Shown: positions 11,723 to 22,710 of the stretch, piece by piece
How the letters are laid out: every line of letters starts with the position of its first letter
Position numbering within the stretch: the first letter of the stretch is position 1
NCBI GenBank assembly: GCA_012521085.1
Contig: JAAYNB010000162.1
Coordinates: 1-55,998 of the forward strand
From: Clostridiales bacterium
GTDB lineage: Bacteria; Bacillota; Clostridia; Peptostreptococcales; Natronincolaceae
Length of the DNA: 55,998 bases
Direction of reading: 5' to 3'
Notes under the pieces: generated by a model
The model's input: the letters and a program-made list of their open reading frames with translations, nothing else
Database searches by the model: none
What the model was told of the DNA's origin: nothing
Program-made: the position numbers and the translations under genes

Positions 11723-12607
11723 TTGAAAGGGATTTTAAATATTTTAAAACCACCTGGAATGACTTCACATGATGTAGTATCTTTAGTAAGAAGAAAAATT
11801 GGAATAAAAAAGGTAGGACACACAGGAACATTAGATCCTAATGCAGCCGGTGTTCTACCAATATGTATTGGACAAGCTACAAAAATATCCCAATTTTTAT
11901 TAGATGCTGATAAAACATATAGAGCTGAATTAACATTAGGAATAACAACGGATACTCAAGATATTTATGGTAAAGTATTAAATAAGAAGGATGTTAATCT
12001 ATCAAATAATGAAATTATAGAAAGTATTATGAAATTTGTAGGCGAATATTCCCAAATACCACCAATGTATTCAGCAGTAAAAGTGAAAGGTAAGAAATTA
12101 TATGAGTTAGCTAGAGAAGGTATACAAATAGATAGACAAGCAAGGAAAGTTAAAATACATTCCATTGATATTATTTCTATATGTGGAAATAAAATATTAT
12201 TTGATGTAAACTGCTCTAAAGGAACATATATTAGAACGTTATGTCATGATATAGGTGAAGATTTAAATTGTGGTGGTATTATGTCATTTCTATTAAGAAC
12301 TAAAACTAGTGGTTTTGATATTCAATCCGCTATAACAATAGAGGAATTGGATGAAATAGATGATATTCAATCTATTTTAAAGCCCATAGATTTTCCTTTA
12401 ATGCATATGCCCAAAATAGATATTGAACCTAAATATAAAAAAGCAGCCTTAAATGGCAATAAAATACCTATAGAATATTTACCTTCACATTTATCCATTG
12501 GAGAAACTTTAAGAATATATTTAGAAAAAAAATTTATTGGAATTGGACAAATTAATTATGATGATAAAAATAGATTTTATATTAGATTTACCAGGCTGTT
12601 GGTTTAA
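11723..12607 (+). CDS. truB: tRNA pseudouridine-55 synthase
   Basis: 294 aa with catalytic Asp motif GHTGTLDP. Confidence 0.93.
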   Translation: MKGILNILKPPGMTSHDVVSLVRRKIGIKKVGHTGTLDPNAAGVLPICIGQATKISQFLLDADKTYRAELTLGITTDTQDIYGKVLNKKDVNLSNNEIIESIMKFVGEYSQIPPMYSAVKVKGKKLYELAREGIQIDRQARKVKIHSIDIISICGNKILFDVNCSKGTYIRTLCHDIGEDLNCGGIMSFLLRTKTSGFDIQSAITIEELDEIDDIQSILKPIDFPLMHMPKIDIEPKYKKAALNGNKIPIEYLPSHLSIGETLRIYLEKKFIGIGQINYDDKNRFYIRFTRLLV

Positions 12608-12619
12608 AGGAGCGTAAAT

Positions 12620-13564
12620 ATGCAAATAATACAAGAAATTAAAGATATTAATTCAAATATAAAAAGGGGTATTGCATTAGGTAATTTTGATGGAATACAT
12701 ATAGGACACCAAAAATTAATAAACTCTTTATTAAACTTATGTTCAATAAATAAGATTGAACCCTGTATATATACTTTTGCTAACCACACATTACCAATAA
12801 TATCAAAAACAAAATCAATAAAGTATATTACAAGTATTGATATGAAACAAAAAATTTTTCGAGAAATGGGCATTAGTGAATTGATATTAAATAAATTCGA
12901 TAGTAGCTTAATGTCACTTAGTCCTGAGGAATTTATTAAAAATATTTTAGTTGAAAAATTAAATTGTAAGGTTGCTGTTGTAGGTTTTGATTATCATTTT
13001 GGATATAAAGCTGAAGGAAATGTGGGCTTATTAAAAAAACTAGGTCAAAAATATGATTTTGAAGTTGTTGTCATAGATCCTGTAATGATTGATGATGAAA
13101 TTGTTAGTAGCTCATATATAAGAACTTATTTAAAAGAGGGAAATATTAAAAAAGTTAATAAATATTTAGGTAGATATTTTTCATTATATAGTACTGTAAT
13201 ACATGGAGATGCAAGAGGTGGGGATCTATTAGGTTTCCCAACTGCTAATATTTCACTAGATACTTTACAATTATTACCAAAGCCAGGAGTATATGCAACT
13301 TTAATTAAAATTAATAATGAGTTTTATATGGGGGCTACTTCTGTAGGAAATAAGCCTACTTTTGAAGGAAAAGAACAATCTGTTGAAACTTTTATATTGG
13401 ATTTTACTGGAGATTTATATGATAAAGATATTGAAGTTATTTTTGTGGAATTTATAAGGGATGAATATAAATTCAAAAGCCCTGAAGCTCTTACTGAACA
13501 AATAAAAAAAGATGTAGAAACAATAAAAAACACTTTACAAGATAAATATAATATGCTAAGATAA
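12620..13564 (+). CDS. ribF: Bifunctional riboflavin kinase / FAD synthetase
   Basis: N-terminal GNFDGIHIGHQ nucleotidyltransferase motif and C-terminal kinase motif GFPTANI. Confidence 0.93.
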   Translation: MQIIQEIKDINSNIKRGIALGNFDGIHIGHQKLINSLLNLCSINKIEPCIYTFANHTLPIISKTKSIKYITSIDMKQKIFREMGISELILNKFDSSLMSLSPEEFIKNILVEKLNCKVAVVGFDYHFGYKAEGNVGLLKKLGQKYDFEVVVIDPVMIDDEIVSSSYIRTYLKEGNIKKVNKYLGRYFSLYSTVIHGDARGGDLLGFPTANISLDTLQLLPKPGVYATLIKINNEFYMGATSVGNKPTFEGKEQSVETFILDFTGDLYDKDIEVIFVEFIRDEYKFKSPEALTEQIKKDVETIKNTLQDKYNMLR

Positions 13565-13648
13565 ACGAGATGAGGAACCTATTCTCGGTAAATTGATTCA
13601 CCAACATTTACTTAGAATAAGGGGATTGTAAATAAGGAGGTGGCAAGT

Positions 13649-13912
13649 ATGGATAACGAAAAGAAACAAACAATTATAGAGAGTTTTAAACTACATGAAA
13701 ATGATACAGGTTCACCAGAAGTACAAGTAGCATTATTAACTGAGAGAATCAATCATTTAAATGAGCATTTAAAAACTCATAAAAAAGATCATCACTCAAG
13801 AAGAGGACTACTTAAAATGGTAGGTAAAAGAAGAAATCTATTAAACTATGTTAAAAATAAAGACATAGAAAGATACAGAGAACTTATTGAAAAATTAGGA
13901 TTAAGAAAATAG
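13649..13912 (+). CDS. rpsO: 30S ribosomal protein S15
   Basis: [19 protein letters not shown]...[15 protein letters not shown] 13649 lies 9 nt after AAGGAGG; the track's GTG 13640 overlaps the SD. Confidence 0.95.
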   Translation: MDNEKKQTIIESFKLHENDTGSPEVQVALLTERINHLNEHLKTHKKDHHSRRGLLKMVGKRRNLLNYVKNKDIERYRELIEKLGLRK

Positions 13913-13913
13913 T

Positions 13914-13942
13914 ATAGAGCGGGGAATCCCGCTCTATTGTTT
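13914..13942 (+). terminator. rpsO terminator / pnp leader hairpin
   Basis: ATAGAGCGGG pairs with CCCGCTCTAT (10 bp), GAAT loop, then TGTTT. Confidence 0.75.
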
Positions 13943-14045
13943 AATTCAATTAAACTTAGTATAAATTTTAAAATATATAATATATATTATCTTATATTCA
14001 ACACTATGTAATTAACTAAAATATGGGAGGAGGAAGTGTTATATA

Positions 14046-16145
14046 ATGATAAAAAAATTTAAAACAGAGATTGCTGGAAGGGGATTAGAAGTAGAAATAG
14101 GGAGAATGGCACAATTGTCCAATGGTTCATGTTTAGTTAGATATGGTGGAACTGTTGTATTAGTTAATGCATGTGCGTCAGATACTCCTAAAGAAGGAAT
14201 TGATTTTTTTCCATTAAGCGTAGATTATGAAGAAAGATTATATGCTGCTGGAAAAATTCCAGGAGGTTTCATAAAAAGAGAAGGAAGGCCTTCAGAGAAT
14301 GCCATATTGATATCTAGACTTATAGATAGACCAATTAGACCATTATTTCCTGAAAGATATCGAAATGAGGTTCAAGTTATTGCAACTGTTTTATCAGCAG
14401 ATCAAGATTTTTCATCAGATATAGTGGCTATGATTGGTTCATCTATAGCATTATCAATATCAGATATACCTTTTAATGGACCTACTGGATCTATAAGAGT
14501 TGGAATGATAGGTGAAGAATACATTTTAAATCCAACTGCTGAGGAGAGAGAAAAGAGTTCCTTAGACATTATACTTTCAGGAACCAAAGAAGCAGTGATG
14601 ATGATTGAGGCAGGAGCTCATGAATTAACTGAAAAACAGATATTAGATGCCATTGACATTGGACACGAAGAAATTAAAAAAATAGTTGCTTTTATAGAAG
14701 ATATAGTGGCAGAAGTAGGTAAACCTAAGAAAGAAGTAATAATTTATGAAATTGATCCGACACTTGAACAAGAAGTACGAGATTATGCAACTTCAAAATT
14801 AATTGATGCTATACAAACTCCAGATAAAACTGAAAGAAATGAAAAGATAGAAGAAATTAAGAATGAAACACTAGAACATTTTTCTGAAAAATATGAAGAA
14901 AATTTAAATGATATAGTATCAGTACTAGATAGTATATTAAAAGAGAAATTCAGAAGTATGATAATTAATGAAAAGAAAAGACCTGATAATAGAGGATTAA
15001 CAGAAATTAGACCAATAAGCTGTGATGTATCTTTATTACCTAAAACTCATGGATCAGGACTATTTACTAGGGGGCAAACTCAAGTGTTAACTGTAGCTAC
15101 TCTAGGAGCATTAGGTGAGGTGCAAATTTTAGACGGATTAGATGAAGAAGAGTCTAAAAGATACATGCATCATTATAATTTTCCACCATACAGTGTAGGC
15201 GAAGTAAGGTTTTTAAGAGGACCAGGTAGAAGAGAAATAGGTCATGGTGCTTTAGCAGAAAGAGCATTAGAACCTATGATTCCATCTCAAGAGGAGTTCC
15301 CATATACTATTAGGCTAGTTTCTGAAGTTTTGAGTTCCAATGGATCTTCTTCTATGGCAAGTGTATGTGGAAGCACTTTATCTCTATTAGACGCTGGTGT
15401 TCCTATAAAAAGTATGGTAGCAGGTATAGCTATGGGCTTAGTAAAAGAAGGCGATGAAATTGCAATTTTATCAGATATCTTAGGTATGGAAGACTTTTTA
15501 GGAGATATGGACTTTAAAGTAGCTGGTACTGAAAAAGGTATAACAGCTATTCAAATGGATATTAAAATAGATGGTATAGACAAAGAAATCATGGAAAAAG
15601 CGTTAGAACAAGCTAGAATTGGCAGATTATATATTATGGAAAAAATGAAAGAAGTAATAGATAAACCAAGAGAAGAACTTTCACCATATGCACCTAGAAT
15701 ATTCACACTTAAAATAGATCCTGATAAAATTAGGGATGTAATTGGAACAGGTGGCAAAACTATAAATAAAATAATCGAGGAAACTGGTGCAAAGATTGAT
15801 ATAGAAAATGATGGCACAATTTATATAGCAGCAGAAAATCAAGAGTTTGGCGAGAAAACATTAAAAATTATTGAAGAAATTGTAAAAGATCCTGAAGTTG
15901 GTGAAATATATACAGGAAAAGTTGTGAAAATAACGAATTTTGGAGCATTTGTAGAAATTTTACCTGGTAAAGAAGGATTAGTGCATATATCAAATATAGC
16001 CCATGAAAGAGTAAATAAAGTTGAAGATGTTTTACAAGTAGATCAAGAAATAGATGTAAAAGTAATTGAAATAGATTCTCAAGGTAAAATTAATTTATCT
16101 CATAAAGCTTTATTACCTAAACCAACTAATAAATACAAAAAATAA
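14046..16145 (+). CDS. pnp: Polyribonucleotide nucleotidyltransferase (PNPase)
   Basis: 699 aa. Two RNase PH domains ([11 protein letters not shown]), KH domain and C-terminal S1 domain. Confidence 0.97.
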   Translation: MIKKFKTEIAGRGLEVEIGRMAQLSNGSCLVRYGGTVVLVNACASDTPKEGIDFFPLSVDYEERLYAAGKIPGGFIKREGRPSENAILISRLIDRPIRPLFPERYRNEVQVIATVLSADQDFSSDIVAMIGSSIALSISDIPFNGPTGSIRVGMIGEEYILNPTAEEREKSSLDIILSGTKEAVMMIEAGAHELTEKQILDAIDIGHEEIKKIVAFIEDIVAEVGKPKKEVIIYEIDPTLEQEVRDYATSKLIDAIQTPDKTERNEKIEEIKNETLEHFSEKYEENLNDIVSVLDSILKEKFRSMIINEKKRPDNRGLTEIRPISCDVSLLPKTHGSGLFTRGQTQVLTVATLGALGEVQILDGLDEEESKRYMHHYNFPPYSVGEVRFLRGPGRREIGHGALAERALEPMIPSQEEFPYTIRLVSEVLSSNGSSSMASVCGSTLSLLDAGVPIKSMVAGIAMGLVKEGDEIAILSDILGMEDFLGDMDFKVAGTEKGITAIQMDIKIDGIDKEIMEKALEQARIGRLYIMEKMKEVIDKPREELSPYAPRIFTLKIDPDKIRDVIGTGGKTINKIIEETGAKIDIENDGTIYIAAENQEFGEKTLKIIEEIVKDPEVGEIYTGKVVKITNFGAFVEILPGKEGLVHISNIAHERVNKVEDVLQVDQEIDVKVIEIDSQGKINLSHKALLPKPTNKYKK

Positions 16146-16160
16146 AAACTAGAAATGAGA

Positions 16161-16195
16161 ACATAAACCATGTGGGTTTATGTTTTTTGTTTTTT
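16161..16195 (+). terminator. pnp intrinsic terminator
   Basis: ACATAAACC pairs with GGTTTATGT, loop ATGTG, followed by TTTTTGTTTTTT. Confidence 0.85.
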
Positions 16196-16275
16196 AAGCA
16201 ATAATCATATTAATGGTATAAGTCCAATATCCTCGAATATTATATAGTGACTATTATTTTAAGAGGGGGATAAAT

Positions 16276-17007
16276 ATGTTTATTATTTTAAATAAAAAAA
16301 TATTGCAAATGATTATTGTCATATTTTTAATCACTATTATAATATTGACAGGGATATTAATACATAATAGTAAAAAAGAGGTCTATACATCTTTACAAGA
16401 GAACAAAAATTATAATATCATTCAACAAGGTTCTGATACTAGTAATTATATTGCATTTGCATGTAACGTTGATTGGGGTAATGAGGTTATACCTGATATG
16501 TTAGAAGTTTTCAAAAGTAATGATATAAAAATAACTTTTTTTGTAACAGGAAGATGGGCAGAAGAGTTTCCAGATATATTTAAAATGATAATAGATGAAG
16601 GTCATGAAATTGGAAATCATGGATACAAACATTTAAATTATAGTCAACTATCTTATGAAGAAAATAAAAAACAAATTCATATGGCAGGAGATATAATAAA
16701 AAAATATACAAATACACAACCTACATTATTTGCACCACCATCAGGAGATTACAATGAAAACACTTTAAGAGCAGCTGAAGAACTAGGATATAAAACTATA
16801 TTATGGACTATAGATACAATTGATTGGCGTGATGATAGCACAAAAGATGTAATTATAGATAGAGTAATGAATAAAACAAAACATAATGGTGCCATTGTAT
16901 TGATGCATCCTACAGTTGAAACATTAAAGGCAATACCATCTATTATTAATCAATTACATGAAAAAAACATAAAAGTTGGTGGCATAAGTGATGTGTTGCT
17001 AGATTAG
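16276..17007 (+). CDS. Polysaccharide deacetylase family protein (YlxY-like, sporulation-associated)
   Basis: N-terminal TM segment, NodB-type core (NVDWGNE, GNHGYKH). Same position after pnp as B. subtilis ylxY. Confidence 0.8.
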   Translation: MFIILNKKILQMIIVIFLITIIILTGILIHNSKKEVYTSLQENKNYNIIQQGSDTSNYIAFACNVDWGNEVIPDMLEVFKSNDIKITFFVTGRWAEEFPDIFKMIIDEGHEIGNHGYKHLNYSQLSYEENKKQIHMAGDIIKKYTNTQPTLFAPPSGDYNENTLRAAEELGYKTILWTIDTIDWRDDSTKDVIIDRVMNKTKHNGAIVLMHPTVETLKAIPSIINQLHEKNIKVGGISDVLLD

Positions 17008-17070
17008 TTGCATATATTAATAAACTCAATTATAATATATATGGAAAATTAGCTACTATAGGAGGAAAAC

Positions 17071-18315
17071 ATGTATAAAAGATACACATTGGATAATGGC
17101 TTAAGAATTGTTACCGAATATATACCATTTGTAAAATCCATGTCCATAGGGATTTGGATTGAGGCAGGATCTAAGAATGAAACATTTGAAAATAATGGTA
17201 TTTCACATTTTATTGAACATATGATGTTTAAAGGCACTCATAATAAATCTGCAAAAGAAATAGCTGAAACAATTGATTTTATTGGGGGCCAAATTAATGC
17301 CTTTACTAGTAAAGAATGCACTTGTTTTTATACGAAAGTATTAGATAATCACTATGAATTAGCCATAGATTTATTATCAGATATGATTTTTAATTCAAAA
17401 TTTCATCCTGAGGATATTGAGAAAGAAAAAGGAGTTATTTGTGAAGAAATTAATATGTATGAAGATTCGCCAGAAGATTTAGCCTATGATTTATTATATC
17501 AATCTATTTTCAAAACAAACTCTTTAGGTTTACCTATATTAGGGAGTATAGAAACAGTAAATAAAATTAATCGGGAAAAAATTTTCGAATATATGAAAGA
17601 ATATTATGTTCCAAATAATACAGTTATATCTGTAGTTGGAAATTTTAATGATGAAGATTTATTAGAAGTTATAAAATCTAGATTTAGTAATTGGGAAAAA
17701 TCTGATCTTCCTATTAATGAAAACAGAAAACCTGAATATAATTTTCAACATATAACAAAGGTTAAAGATATAGAACAAATTCATTTACTTTTAGGTCTAA
17801 AAGGAATCTCTTTAGACCAGGATCATAGGTATCCTTTAATAGTTTTAAATAACATATTAGGCGGCAGTATGAGTTCTAGATTATTTCAAAATATTAGAGA
17901 AGATAAAGGATTAGTATATTCTATATATTCTCATGCTTCTATCTACAAAGAGGCAGGCATATTAAGTATTTATGCAGGTATGAATCCTGAAGATTTAGAT
18001 AGGGTGGGATCATTAATATATGAAGAACTTAAAGATCTAAAAACAAAAGATTTAACAGAGTCAGAATTAAATAAGTCAAAAGAACAAATTAAAGGGAATT
18101 ATATTTTAAGTTTAGAAAGCACAAGTAGCAGAATGAATGCTATAGGAAAAATGGAATTATTATTAAATACTGTATATAGTCCAGAAGAAATAATAAAGAA
18201 AATTGACCAAGTAAATATAAATGATATAAAAGAAGTTATTGAAGAAATTATTAATTTAGATAATATTGCATCAATCACTGTAGGTAAAACAAAAGATGTA
18301 TTTAAATCTTCTTAA
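17071..18315 (+). CDS. M16 family zinc peptidase (MlpA/YmxG-like)
   Basis: 414 aa with inverted zinc motif HFIEHMMFKGT. Confidence 0.85.
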   Translation: MYKRYTLDNGLRIVTEYIPFVKSMSIGIWIEAGSKNETFENNGISHFIEHMMFKGTHNKSAKEIAETIDFIGGQINAFTSKECTCFYTKVLDNHYELAIDLLSDMIFNSKFHPEDIEKEKGVICEEINMYEDSPEDLAYDLLYQSIFKTNSLGLPILGSIETVNKINREKIFEYMKEYYVPNNTVISVVGNFNDEDLLEVIKSRFSNWEKSDLPINENRKPEYNFQHITKVKDIEQIHLLLGLKGISLDQDHRYPLIVLNNILGGSMSSRLFQNIREDKGLVYSIYSHASIYKEAGILSIYAGMNPEDLDRVGSLIYEELKDLKTKDLTESELNKSKEQIKGNYILSLESTSSRMNAIGKMELLLNTVYSPEEIIKKIDQVNINDIKEVIEEIINLDNIASITVGKTKDVFKSS

Positions 18316-18318
18316 AAG

Positions 18319-18345
18319 AATAGGGCCTTTGGCCTTATTTTTTAT
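18319..18345 (+). terminator. Terminator after the M16 peptidase gene
   Basis: AATAGGGCC pairs with GGCCTTATT (one G-U), loop TTT, then a T run. Confidence 0.7.
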
Positions 18346-18350
18346 GTCAT

Positions 18351-18395
18351 TTATCATAAATAATCCCATCATAAATAACTTTATCATAAATGATA
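18351..18395 (+). repeat. Three direct repeats with 15-nt period (core ATCATAAAT) upstream of the ymxH-like gene
   Basis: TTATCATAAATAATC, CCATCATAAATAACT, TTATCATAAATGATA. Core starts at 18353, 18368 and 18383. Confidence 0.85.
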
Positions 18396-18447
18396 ATGAA
18401 CTATTATAAAAATAAATATCATATATTAAATAAAGGGGATGATATTT

Positions 18448-18708
18448 ATGAAATTTAGTCAAATAGGTGAAAAAGAAATTGTTAATTTAAATAATGGAAG
18501 TAGATTGGGGATTATTTCTGAATCGGATTTACTAATTAATATTCGAACAGGTAAAATTTTATCTATGCTAGTACCTGATAGAAAAGGATTTTTAAATTTT
18601 TTCTCTAATGATGGCTATTTTGAAATACCATGGGAATGTATTAGAAAAATAGGCCATGATATGATTATTATAGAGTTAGATGAGTATGATAAAAAACATG
18701 TATTATAA
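18448..18708 (+). CDS. YlmC/YmxH family PRC-barrel sporulation protein
   Basis: MKFSQIGEKEIVNLNNGSRLG...EIPWECIRKIGHDMIIIE. ATG 18448 lies 9 nt after AAAGGGG; the track's ATG 18439 abuts the SD. Confidence 0.75.
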   Translation: MKFSQIGEKEIVNLNNGSRLGIISESDLLINIRTGKILSMLVPDRKGFLNFFSNDGYFEIPWECIRKIGHDMIIIELDEYDKKHVL

Positions 18709-18791
18709 TTAATAATTAAAATTTATAAGAATACTTATAAGTTAACAGGCTAAAATAATATAAATACAAATCTAACTTGGGGTGAATATAA

Positions 18792-19484
18792 ATGGATAAA
18801 AATACACAAAATCAAGAAGAGTCAAATATTATACTTGAAAATATAAATTCTTTGGGAACAACCAAAATACCTGAGAGTAATGAAAAAATTCATACTCTAA
18901 CTATTATTGGTCATATTGAAGGCCATATAATTGCACCACCACAAAATAAAACAACCAAATATGAACATATAATCCCTCAGCTCATTGCAGTAGAAGAAAA
19001 CCCAGATATTCAAGGTATGATAGTAGTCCTTAATACAGTAGGAGGTGATGTAGAAGCTGGTTTAGCAATATCAGAATTAATCCATAGTTTATCTAAGCCT
19101 AAAGTCACATTAGTTTTAGGTGGTAGCCATAGTATAGGAGTTCCATTGGCAACTTCAGGCGATTATTCTTTTATTGCTCCCAGTGCTACTATGACTATTC
19201 ACCCTATAAGAATGACAGGTCTAGTTATTGGTGTACCACAAACATTTAATTATTTTTTGAAAATGCAAGAACGCATTATCGATTTTGTTGTTAGAACTTC
19301 TAATATAAATCGTGATATATTGATTAATCTTATGAATACAACAGATGAATTAGCTAATGATGTAGGAAGTATTTTAATAGGCAAAGAGGCAGTAGAATAT
19401 GGTTTAATAGATGAAGTAGGAGGGTTATACCAAGCAATGAATAAATTAGATAATCTTATAAAAAATAATAAAAAAGATATTTAA
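18792..19484 (+). CDS. tepA: ClpP-fold serine protease family protein (TepA-like)
   Basis: 230 aa ClpP-like core (LNTVGGDVEAGLAI, GGSHSIG). Upstream of ftsK as in B. subtilis. Confidence 0.7.
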   Translation: MDKNTQNQEESNIILENINSLGTTKIPESNEKIHTLTIIGHIEGHIIAPPQNKTTKYEHIIPQLIAVEENPDIQGMIVVLNTVGGDVEAGLAISELIHSLSKPKVTLVLGGSHSIGVPLATSGDYSFIAPSATMTIHPIRMTGLVIGVPQTFNYFLKMQERIIDFVVRTSNINRDILINLMNTTDELANDVGSILIGKEAVEYGLIDEVGGLYQAMNKLDNLIKNNKKDI

Positions 19485-19532
19485 TAATTTATATTTTCCT
19501 TTATTATGTTATAATATATTATATCTCAAAAT

Positions 19533-19552
19533 AAGCGCAGAACACTGCGCTT
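19533..19552 (+). terminator. Hairpin after tepA
   Basis: AAGCGCAG pairs with CTGCGCTT, loop AACA. Trailing TAATTGTT is a poor U tract. Confidence 0.5.
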
Positions 19553-19587
19553 TAATTGTTATAATATAATATTATGGAGTGATATAA

Positions 19588-21894
19588 TTGTCTAAAAGAA
19601 AGAAAAAACGAAATAAATTACTCTTTAATTTAAAAAAAGAATTTAACAATGAAATATGTGGAATATTTAGTATTGCCTTTGGCTTAATAATTTTAACTGG
19701 CTTACAAACTAACAGTGCAGGTAAAATAGGTAAAGGTTTTAAATTTATATTAATGGGCTTATTCTCTAATTCTGCTTTTTTACTTCCATATATAATTATA
19801 TTTTTAGGGATTATGGTATTTATCGGGAAAAATTTTGAAAGTCAAAAGAAAAAAATATTGTATTTTTCATGTGTTTTTATATATTTATTAACATTTAAAT
19901 CATTATTAGATTTTCAAACTAATGCAATATTTATCAATAAATTACTAAAAGATGGGTTAACAGTTTCATTTAAAACTATATTTTTAAGATCTACAGAAGG
20001 TGTAGGTGGTGGATTAATAGGCACAAGCATTGCATATATTTTACTGAAACTTTTTGGGCCTATTGCAAGCTATATAATAATTGTAACATTATTTCTAATT
20101 ACCACTATTCTCATTACTAAAATATCTTTACTGGATATTTTAATCAAAATAAAAAGTTTATTATCAAAATTCATTATATCTTTTAAAGATTTCTTTATTA
20201 CAACAAATAATCGTCTTTTAAAAGATAATGAAGATCTTGTAAAAAATCTAGATGATGATAGTATAGATGATATATTTGATAAAAATCATAGTATCGTTGA
20301 TGAAAAAATTAAAATATTAGATTATACTGGAATAAATACTTCTGAAAAAAATAATAATATAAAAACAGAAGTTACGGATATATCACCTAAAAATACAAAG
20401 GATGAAAAAAATGATTTGGAATCAGAAGAAGATTTAATATATTTTGATATAAACACCAATAATCAAAATGATGATATTGTATATGAATTACCTAGTATTG
20501 AATTACTACATAAACCAGAATCTTTACCTAATAAAGAGGATAAAAAATCTATATTATCCAAGGCAAAAATTTTGGAAAACACATTAAAAAATTTTGGAGT
20601 TGAAGCTAAAGTATTACAGGTAACAAAAGGACCTAGTGTTACAAGATATGAATTACAGCCTAGCACAGGTGTTAAAGTAAGTAAAATAGTTAATTTAAGT
20701 GACGATATTGCACTTAATTTAGCTGCTGTAGCTATAAGAATAGAAGCACCAATTCCAGGTAAAGCAGCAATAGGTATAGAGATTCCTAATGAAAAAGTAA
20801 CCATTGTTACTTTAAGGGAAATAATTGAAAGTGAAAATTATCAATCATTTTCCTCATCTTTACCCTTTGCTATAGGTAAAGATGTATCTGGTAATACAAT
20901 TGTAGGTGATATTAGTAAAATGCCACATCTATTAATTGCTGGTGCTACTGGTTCAGGTAAAAGTGTTTGTATTAATACTTTAATACTAAGTATACTATAT
21001 AAATCAACACCAGAAGAAGTAAGATTAATATTAATAGATCCTAAGGTTGTTGAATTAAGTCAATACAATGGTATACCTCATTTACTAATTCCTGTTGTAA
21101 ATGATTCCAAAAAAGCAACTAGTGCTTTAAATTGGGCTGTTCAGGAAATGGAAAATAGATATAAAATATTTGGCGAAAACAAAGTAAAAGATATATCAGG
21201 ATATAACAATAAAGTGCCAGAAAACAAACTACCACATATTGTAATTATCATTGATGAATTGGCAGACTTAATGATGACAAATGCTAACGAAGTTGAAGAT
21301 GCTATTTGTAGATTAGCTCAAATGGCTCGAGCTGCAGGTATACATTTAATTATTGCCACACAAAGGCCTTCTGTTGATATAATAACAGGTGTAATTAAAG
21401 CAAATATACCTTCAAGAATTGCCTTCTCTGTTGCTGCTCAAACTGATTCTAGAACAATTTTAGATATGGGAGGAGCAGAAAAATTATTAGGTAAAGGGGA
21501 TATGCTATATTATCCCATGGGTGCTAATAAACCTATGAGAGTTCAAGGTGCTTTTGTTTCTGAAAAAGAAGTTGAAGATATTGTTAACTATATTAAAAAT
21601 CAAGTACAAGATCCGAATTATGTTACAGAAGTAGTTGAGAAAATAGAACATAATACAATTTTAGAAAATGATAATGATACTGATGAATTATTTAATGATG
21701 CATTACAGATTGTTGCTGAAAATCAACAAGCTTCTATTTCAATGTTACAAAGAAGATTACGAATAGGATATAACAGGGCAGCTAGAATAATTGATGAGAT
21801 GGAGGCTAGAGGTATAGTAGGACCTCATGAAGGCAGTAAACCTAGGCAATTACTTATTGATATAGAAGATTTAAATAATGAAAATATTTCTTAA
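19588..21894 (+). CDS. ftsK: DNA translocase FtsK/SpoIIIE
   Basis: N-terminal TM helices, low-complexity linker, motor Walker A GATGSGKS and Walker [12 protein letters not shown], gamma winged helix ([20 protein letters not shown]). Confidence 0.93.
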   Translation: MSKRKKKRNKLLFNLKKEFNNEICGIFSIAFGLIILTGLQTNSAGKIGKGFKFILMGLFSNSAFLLPYIIIFLGIMVFIGKNFESQKKKILYFSCVFIYLLTFKSLLDFQTNAIFINKLLKDGLTVSFKTIFLRSTEGVGGGLIGTSIAYILLKLFGPIASYIIIVTLFLITTILITKISLLDILIKIKSLLSKFIISFKDFFITTNNRLLKDNEDLVKNLDDDSIDDIFDKNHSIVDEKIKILDYTGINTSEKNNNIKTEVTDISPKNTKDEKNDLESEEDLIYFDINTNNQNDDIVYELPSIELLHKPESLPNKEDKKSILSKAKILENTLKNFGVEAKVLQVTKGPSVTRYELQPSTGVKVSKIVNLSDDIALNLAAVAIRIEAPIPGKAAIGIEIPNEKVTIVTLREIIESENYQSFSSSLPFAIGKDVSGNTIVGDISKMPHLLIAGATGSGKSVCINTLILSILYKSTPEEVRLILIDPKVVELSQYNGIPHLLIPVVNDSKKATSALNWAVQEMENRYKIFGENKVKDISGYNNKVPENKLPHIVIIIDELADLMMTNANEVEDAICRLAQMARAAGIHLIIATQRPSVDIITGVIKANIPSRIAFSVAAQTDSRTILDMGGAEKLLGKGDMLYYPMGANKPMRVQGAFVSEKEVEDIVNYIKNQVQDPNYVTEVVEKIEHNTILENDNDTDELFNDALQIVAENQQASISMLQRRLRIGYNRAARIIDEMEARGIVGPHEGSKPRQLLIDIEDLNNENIS

Positions 21895-22007
21895 TTTAAA
21901 TAACTGTTATATTAAAATAGTTAATAAAAGTATTGCAATTTACAGATGAATATGTAAAAATGATAGTATGGATGACATATTGGAGTAAAATTTGATGGGA
22001 GAGAAAT

Positions 22008-22553
22008 TTGATGAATTTAGCAAATAAGTTAACTATTTTAAGAATATTATTAATACCTGTATTTATGTTTTTTTTATTAACTGACACTACATATGGGATG
22101 GAAATTGCAGCATTTTTATTTATTGTTGCTGCAATTACTGATGCTTTCGATGGTTATATAGCTAGGAATTATAATCAAATAACTACTTTAGGTAAATTTA
22201 TAGATCCTCTTGCTGATAAACTTCTAGTGTCAGCCGCTTTAATCTCTTTAGTTCAACTTGGAAAAGTATCAGCTTTAGTTGTTGTGATTATTATTTCAAG
22301 GGAATTTATTATTAGTGTTTTACGATCTGTGGCAGCTGCAGAGGGAATAGTTATTGCTGCAAGTTCATGGGGTAAATTAAAAACCATTACACAAATTATC
22401 GCCATAATAGTAATTTTATTAGATAATTTTCCTTTTAAATATATTAATTTCCCTTTTGATACTATAATGATTTGGACATCTGTAATTTTCACTGTCTTGT
22501 CTGGTGTAGATTATATTATAATTAACAAAGATGTTATTTTAAAAGAAAAATAA
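22008..22553 (+). CDS. pgsA: CDP-diacylglycerol--glycerol-3-phosphate 3-phosphatidyltransferase
   Basis: CDP-alcohol phosphatidyltransferase motif DAFDGYIAR...G..DPLADK. Confidence 0.9.
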   Translation: MMNLANKLTILRILLIPVFMFFLLTDTTYGMEIAAFLFIVAAITDAFDGYIARNYNQITTLGKFIDPLADKLLVSAALISLVQLGKVSALVVVIIISREFIISVLRSVAAAEGIVIAASSWGKLKTITQIIAIIVILLDNFPFKYINFPFDTIMIWTSVIFTVLSGVDYIIINKDVILKEK

Positions 22554-22573
22554 AATTAAATTATTAAAATAAG

Positions 22574-22617
22574 ACCTTTAAATGAAAAACAAATCATTTA
22601 AAGGTTTAAAATTTTTT
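22574..22617 (+). terminator. pgsA terminator
   Basis: ACCTTTAAATGA pairs with TCATTTAAAGGT (12 bp), 8-nt loop, then TTAAAATTTTTT. Confidence 0.6.
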
Positions 22618-22619
22618 GT

Positions 22620-22648
22620 TTGACCCTTTCTACAATATAGGGTATAAT
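22620..22648 (+). promoter_or_regulatory. recA sigma-A-type promoter
   Basis: TTGACC (22620-22625), 17-nt spacer, TATAAT (22643-22648). Confidence 0.6.
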
Positions 22649-22655
22649 TATATCT

Positions 22656-22669
22656 AGAACATTTGTTCG
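22656..22669 (+). promoter_or_regulatory. LexA (Cheo/SOS) box in front of recA
   Basis: AGAACATTTGTTCG has the perfect GAAC-N4-GTTC core of Gram-positive SOS boxes, 8 nt downstream of the -10. Confidence 0.8.
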
Positions 22670-22710
22670 AGAAAAGAAAGGAAGGTGATCCAGATTAAGT
22701 TCTGGCTGCT

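Noticed and set aside
13566-13587. CGAGA...TCTCG hairpin between ribF and rpsO, considered as an S15 autoregulatory leader or ribF terminator.
   Set aside because: It has only 5 bp, no U tract and no further helices I could support. The evidence is insufficient.
13968-14000. dif-like AT-rich string (TATATATTAT...) in the pnp leader.
   Set aside because: Only the central 10 nt resemble the Firmicute dif as I remember it, and the XerD-arm (GTAAACT) is absent. The location, inside a conserved operon leader, is also wrong.
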